Part shown: positions 58,744-64,000 of the stretch, one piece after another
Position numbering within the stretch: the first letter of the stretch is position 1
How the letters are laid out: each line of letters opens with the position of its first letter
Source: Candidatus Multivoradales bacterium
GTDB lineage: Bacteria; Acidobacteriota; Thermoanaerobaculia; Multivoradales; JAHEKO01
NCBI GenBank assembly: GCA_965248055.1
Contig: CBDFIJ010000004.1
Span: forward strand, 2,176,001 to 2,240,000
Direction of reading: 5' to 3'
Length of the DNA: 64,000 nucleotides
The notes under the pieces: model-generated
The model's input: the letters and a program-made list of their open reading frames with translations, nothing else
Told to the model about the DNA's origin: nothing
Databases searched by the model: none
Position numbers and translations under genes: made by a program

Positions 58744-61008
58744 GACGGTGTGGTCGGTGTCCTTGCCCGGGTCGATCATCGGTGACATGCGCACCCGAAA
58801 GCTGTCGGTGACCCCTGACGACTTCTGGGATCTAACGACGTTGGTATCGTCATCCAATTTCGACCACAACGGACTCACGGCCCAGCCGTCGTTGCTGAGA
58901 TCTGCCACTGGAAGAGCTGTTTGCGTCGACGAAACGGTGAGCGTCGCAGCAATAGAACCCTTCCCGCCATAGGGATTGTTGGCAGCACAGCGATATTGTC
59001 CGGCTTCGCCATTGGCGACATTGCTGATGGTGACGTTTTGAGTTAACACTCCAGAATATTTGCCTCCATTGTTGAGATCGGTCCAAACATTGGATATCTT
59101 CTTTTGCCATTTGTAACTGATCGGATCGGTACCCGTGGCAGCACAGGAGAACGTTGTGTTGGATGCAGGCGCCACTGTGCGTGAAGTTGGATGTTGGGTG
59201 ATCGTCGGCGGAGTGGGGACAGCCACTGTAACCGTTCGGGTAAGACTACTGGTGTCCTGTCCGTCGCTAACTGTTAGACGCACCGTATAGACGCCTTCCG
59301 AGGAGTAGCTATGGGCAACTGCTCCAGTTGAGGCCGTCGTTCCGTCACCAAAATCCCAAGAATAGGTGAGGGGATCACCTTCCGGGTCGGTTGAGCAGTA
59401 GCCGCCAAACGTGTAGTTGTCCCCGACAAGCAATGAGATATCGCCAGCGGGCCTACCAATACACGCCTTAGGTGGAAGATTGGACACTGGGACTTCAAGA
59501 CAAAGCTTTTGTAGAACTACGGTCGTCGGATCGCCATCAGTGTGCCATTTGTTAATTTGTAGCCGGATATCTGAGTAGTTGGTCAACCCTGCGACGGCAG
59601 TAGCGGGTAGCAATACTGCTTTCGTTTGAAACGCGGTGTCAAAATACACATTGGTCCACCATAGAACCGTGTTGTCAGGAGCCATCAGGTAGAGACGGAC
59701 GTGCTTTTCCGCTAGACCATCTTCAACTTTCCCGGTTAAGTAAACAGTGTGGTCCGTATCCTTACCGGGATCCGAAAATGGAGCCAGCCGAACACGGAAA
59801 CTGTCGGTAACACCGCCCGATTTTTGAGATTTCGTCACGTTGGTGTCATCGTCCAGCATTTGCCACACTGGGCTTGGAGCCCAACCATCGCGTGAGAGGT
59901 CGGCAACTGGACAAGATTCCAAGATGGCAAGTACGTCCAACACCGCCGGGTTGGATGGAGCATAATTGCCACAAATAGTGCCAATGTCACAATTTGTCGC
60001 TGTGTTGTGAGTCCAGCATCGGTACTGGCCTTCATGCTCAAAGTTCACGGGATCAATCGTCAGCTGCTTAGTAAAAGACCCGCCAATTGATCCCCCATCA
60101 CTTAGCATGATCCACGCCCCCTCTTGGTAGCTCTGCCATCTATAGGTAATCGGCTCCGTGCCGGTTGCATCGCAACTGAAGGTTACGGCACCACCGGCGG
60201 CCACAGAATCAGAAACCGGATGCTGAGTAATCGAGACAGGAACGCGGTCCTGTACGTTGATGGTAATCACCGCAGTGTCACTTGAGGTTTCATCGCTCAC
60301 CGTCAAGGTTATGGTGTACATGCTAGGCGTCGAATAAACCTTGCCTGAACTTGGTCCATTGGCTGTCGTGCCGTCCCCTAAATCCCACTCGTAGGTTAAG
60401 GGATCGTCTTCTGGATCTGTGGAGCAATCGGCGTTGAAATCGAGTTTTGCTGGTGCGATGTAGAGATCGCCGTCTGAAGGGTAGGAAATGCACGCTGTTG
60501 GAGGCGAGTCTACGATATCGTTCTTAACCGTGGCAATCGGTTGTCCATCACGGAAAATATTGTCGCGTTCCCAAGAGAGGATGAAAGGATCCGGCCCCTC
60601 GTGGGTCAGTTGTCGCAGCACTTTGCCGCCCAACCCGCGTGCGGAAAATGTTTCCACTCTTTGAGCCACTGACCCGTCTTCGGAAGCAACCACTCCGACG
60701 CGCTCATCGTCAGCGTCGTATAAGTAGACTTCTTTCCCGGCGTTGTATTGCCAAGGCATGTTTAAGGGGTCGTACTGATAGGCATTCCCAGAGAAAGCCA
60801 GCAAGTTGCCGGCAGTATCGTAGGTGGCACCCACACCGCCTACATTGGCAATCCTGTTGCTGCTACCGCTAATCGCGATGCTGAGATTCTCAGTTGATCC
60901 AGGGAGAGTGAAGTTGTGCTGTGTGATGTTGCCGTATTGGTCGTAGGTGAGGTTCTCGGTGTATTTTTGGCCACCCGATGTCACCTCTCCCTTCTTGAGC
61001 CGCGACAC
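58483..61008 (-). pseudogene. 5'-truncated Rhs/YD-repeat protein ending in 2 x (PKD - Ig - unknown domain), lacking the Rhs core
   Basis: YD repeats YDQYGN, YDTAGN, YQYDPLN, YLYDADDER; PKD DPE.DPLTY.WD.GDG; Ig ITQHP...C.ATG..PI.Y.WQ...GQYRC. The N-terminus of the tracked ORF is IS481 sequence. Confidence 0.82.
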
Positions 61009-61388
61009 TGTATGCGTCCATGACATTTGGCACTGATCGGTATGTTCAGCTACGTATTGTAGCGGTGGTCTTTGTCGGTGGCTCCAGTGGGGCCTTTCGG
61101 CGTTAAACCAGAGCATCCAGTCGAAGAGTTTTTGGTTGAAAGCTTGGAGGTCAGTGAAGAGCAAGTCTTCGTTGTAGTCAACGAATTTCTCTTGGATGGT
61201 TCGATTGAATCTCTCGGCTTGGGCGTTCATCTTCGGGCACCTGGGGTAGGTGTACCAGCGTTTGATTCCAGCCTCAGCAGCTTTCTTGTCGAAGGCTCCT
61301 TGAAACTCACTACCGTTGTCTGAGAGCACGGTAGTAACAGCAAATGGCAAGACATCAAGGCTCAGGTCCAGAAAGCGCGCTGCCGTGG
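61009..61388 (-). mobile_element. IS481-family transposase 3' fragment, fused in frame to the Rhs remnant
   Basis: VLSDNGSEF, PKMNAQAERFNRTIQE, WFNAERPH. The ORF runs out through the terminal ...WTHT (ACA end). Confidence 0.8.
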
Positions 61389-61799
61389 GATGTGTCCCGA
61401 ATCTTGTGGAAATTGGTATTTGGCGTAGCGTCTCCCGCGGTCAGGTTTAGTTGATTCTAGTGCTACGCGGCTGCTTGACGGTCAAGCATCCGGTGCAAGT
61501 CTTGGTAGCCGTTGATGCGGTGCATCCTGATCTGACCGAAAGCGACGAGTCCCCAGAGCAAAGTGACACCAGCTGCCTCAGTCGAGAATGAGCCTTGGGT
61601 CTTGGTACGGCGCCGAAACTCACGGTTGAGATTCTCCAGCGCGTTGGTGGTCCTTGTGGATCGCCACAACGATCTCGGTAAATCGTAGAAAGTGATCAGT
61701 TCCATCCCAGCCTCTTGGAAGCTCCTGGCTACTGCGGGCACCAGCTTGGACCACGGAGGTTACGCCTTTATCAATTTCCACAACAATCGGGACCGATCC
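61389..61799 (-). mobile_element. Internally deleted IS256 derivative (MITE-like, both ends retained)
   Basis: 61389-61753 matches about 48038-48403 and is joined directly to sequence matching about 52259-52304. Confidence 0.85.
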
Positions 61800-62239
61800 T
61801 GGATCTTCTGCCGCTTGCTATCCATGAAAATCAAAGCCTATTCATCCTGACTCACCGTTCGGGCCTTCGGTCTCCTGAAAAAAAACCTACTATGCCCTCT
61901 GCTGACTTCTGCGATGCGGTCAAAGCACCTCACGGTGCTCTCAGTCCCCTTTGCAAGAGACACATCGCAGACCTCCCGAGGTAAGTTCAAACCACCTTCA
62001 CCGCACATACGCCGGATTTACAGCCCAGACGCTTGATCGGTATGGACTTTGTGACCTCTTGCTCACTCGTCCCACCTGGACTGCCTCGTATCCGATTCCC
62101 GTTCGTCGTGTCGCGGTTTTGCTCCACACTGCCTTCAGACCAGACCTCACGATCTCGCCCTTGTGCTTCGCTAGCACTTCACCTCCATCTGGTTGTGCAG
62201 GGACTCGCACCCATAAGTTGTTGAACATGCTCGGCACAC
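61800..62239 (-). ncRNA. Group II intron (class IIC) 5' fragment, with the first codons of the intron-encoded protein
   Basis: 5' GTGTGCCGAGCATG directly after a terminator hairpin and T-run; IIC-like AGAAGTCAGCAGAGGGCATAGTAG and CGAAGGCCCGAAC; ORF start MDSKRQKIQ cut by the IS256 derivative. Confidence 0.85.
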
Positions 62240-62268
62240 AAAAAAGGGCCCTCCTGAGGAGGGCCCTT
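62240..62268 (-). terminator. Rho-independent terminator of the TonB receptor; intron target site
   Basis: AAGGGCCCTCC-tca-GGAGGGCCCTT followed by a T-run on the minus strand. Confidence 0.88.
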
Positions 62269-62302
62269 AATAACTTCTTTGAAAAGTTGTACTAACTCGA
62301 AG

Positions 62303-64000
62303 CTAGAACCGTAGCCTTGCTCCTACAAAGAAGCGTCTGGGTGCAGCGTAATCAATACCGTCAAGATACTGAAAACCGTCTCCGCCAGGCAGCAGATCTT
62401 GCAAACGAATCAGAGACTGATCGTCAAGGATATTGAAGACATCGAGAAAGAAATCAACTTCGGTATCGCCATTAGTGGTCCACACGTATGATCCACGGAT
62501 ATCGAGGATCCCATGGCTGTTGCCATCGTGAAAACCAAGCGCGTCGGGCTCAATCCAGGTGTCGTCAAATCCGCCACCAGCCCAACCAGCGAACGCAAAA
62601 CTCTGGTCCACGCGATCCGGAAGACTACGACCAAAGGCTTGTTGGTCGTTACGGTTGAGAATGATTCCGGAATTCCAGCGATAACTACCACCAACCTGGA
62701 AACCGTTGTCCCAGTCGTAGGAACCGTGAACTTTGAACAAATGCTCAACCAAGCCCGGCAAAGTGCCGGTACGGTTTGGAGCTCGCGGATCTAGGAAGAC
62801 AACGTCACCAGCGCCATCAAAGTTGGCGTCGGAGTTGGAGTTCCCTTCACCGTCGGCGTAGTTGTACGAAGCAAGCAACTGCCAGTTGTCGCTGTAGCGC
62901 TTACGGAAAACCAACTCAGCACCTTGCCAGTCGCGAAAAGCGCTGGGAAGGGTGCCGATCAGGAAGTTGAGATTGGTGGGGATGTCGCTCAGGCTGCTGA
63001 AGCCGAAGTATTGCGGACCCAAGAATAGTGAGTTCGGATCGTTAAGATCGCCACCCCATTGCGCGGCGTTGTAGTAAAACGAACCGTAGTCCTCACCGAT
63101 GGCACTGGTTTGCCGGTCGACTAAGTTGACCTCAAACATCATGTTTCGACCCAGGTCACGTTTGTATTGGATCTGGATCTCCTCGGTGACCGGGGTTTCG
63201 ATGCTCGGAGCGAAAAAAGCGTCCTGAACTGCAGTGCCACCGCGAAAGCGGAAGCGCACCCAGTCTTGCAACGCGTCAACGTAGACCTGCTCCTCGATCA
63301 CTCGACCGGTCAGAGAACCAGCAAAATCGATCGCAGTGTCGCGGAAGGCGTCGTAGTACTCACCGTAGAACACACCGATGCTGCTCTTGCCGTCACCGTT
63401 CACGTCGTAGGCAACACTGATGCGCGGAGCCACTTCGGTGTCCCAGGTTCCCACGTCATCGCCGTTGTCAGCGATGAAGGTGGTGTCTTCAGCACGGAGG
63501 CCAGCATTGACGCTCCATTTGTTGTGCTGCCAGGAGTCCTGAATGTAGAAGTGTGTCGACTCGGAGCCTTTGCTGGAAATACCAGCCTGGGTCTGCAGGT
63601 CGCGCGTGTAGTTGACCAAACCATTTGGATTGCCTGCGGTAGTACCGAAAGTCATGTTATTGAGAATCTCTGTTTGGTCAAGGACGCCATTGTGGTTGTC
63701 ATCCCACAATCCAACCAATGTCGCCAGCTGGCCTGCGGTGAGGCCTTCGTTGAAGCCATTTAGCTCGTCGCTGGAGACGCCAAAGTCACTTGTCGACCAA
63801 CCTGTCGCACAAGTACCGACTACCTCGCACAGTACGATCGAGCCGCCTGTGGGAGAGAGCGAAATATAGGTTGCCGGTGGGCTGCCAGTCGTCGAAGGAT
63901 TCTCAAATAGGGTGCTTTCGCCATCGACCATACCGAATTTCAGCGAATGGTCGCCCCAACTGGTGTCGAACAAGTACTCAAGGGATCCCCGAATTGACTC
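62303..64000 (-). CDS. TonB-dependent receptor, C-terminal part (5' end outside window)
   Basis: FYIQDSWQ...NAGLR, APRISVAYDVNGDGKS, LDVFNILD, terminal GARLRF. Confidence 0.88.
   Translation of the reverse strand, partial: ESIRGSLEYLFDTSWGDHSLKFGMVDGESTLFENPSTTGSPPATYISLSPTGGSIVLCEVVGTCATGWSTSDFGVSSDELNGFNEGLTAGQLATLVGLWDDNHNGVLDQTEILNNMTFGTTAGNPNGLVNYTRDLQTQAGISSKGSESTHFYIQDSWQHNKWSVNAGLRAEDTTFIADNGDDVGTWDTEVAPRISVAYDVNGDGKSSIGVFYGEYYDAFRDTAIDFAGSLTGRVIEEQVYVDALQDWVRFRFRGGTAVQDAFFAPSIETPVTEEIQIQYKRDLGRNMMFEVNLVDRQTSAIGEDYGSFYYNAAQWGGDLNDPNSLFLGPQYFGFSSLSDIPTNLNFLIGTLPSAFRDWQGAELVFRKRYSDNWQLLASYNYADGEGNSNSDANFDGAGDVVFLDPRAPNRTGTLPGLVEHLFKVHGSYDWDNGFQVGGSYRWNSGIILNRNDQQAFGRSLPDRVDQSFAFAGWAGGGFDDTWIEPDALGFHDGNSHGILDIRGSYVWTTNGDTEVDFFLDVFNILDDQSLIRLQDLLPGGDGFQYLDGIDYAAPRRFFVGARLRF

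Noticed and set aside
61951-62295. ORFs in the 62-kb intergenic region
   Set aside because: They overlie the structured group II intron RNA.

Overview
Bacterial chromosomal window. The VWFA-related proteins, carboxypeptidase-regulatory-domain TonB-dependent receptors and CadC/TolB-type regulators point to Acidobacteriota, probably Thermoanaerobaculia-like; this is an inference, not a database result. The window has three zones. (i) 1-23 kb is accessory. It carries three copies of a perfect 28-bp REP-like palindrome, a Y1/HUH (RAYT-like) transposase, a duplicated terC-family 3' end bracketing an 8-kb regulator/TonB-receptor block, and a HigB / HigA-ImmA / beta-family / sce7726-like nuclease cluster that may be a defence module. 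(ii) 23-48 kb is mostly core genes. It includes a Dlt-like FAAL + MBOAT-SGNH fusion + ACP operon, an IS5-broken POTRA outer-membrane gene leading an NtrYX-like operon, ggt, and an orphan nadQ with its operator and only the tail of nadC. (iii) 48-62 kb is a heavily IS-riddled region: an IS256 split by two IS3 elements, IS3 and IS481 remnants, an IS256-derived miniature element and a truncated group IIC intron. It contains the most unusual system here, a split Rhs polymorphic toxin locus. The Rhs repeat gene ends in PKD/Ig/unknown-domain arrays, and the Rhs core plus variable tip is a separate small gene with its own signal peptide, present in two copies with different tips. No rRNA, tRNA or CRISPR array was seen.
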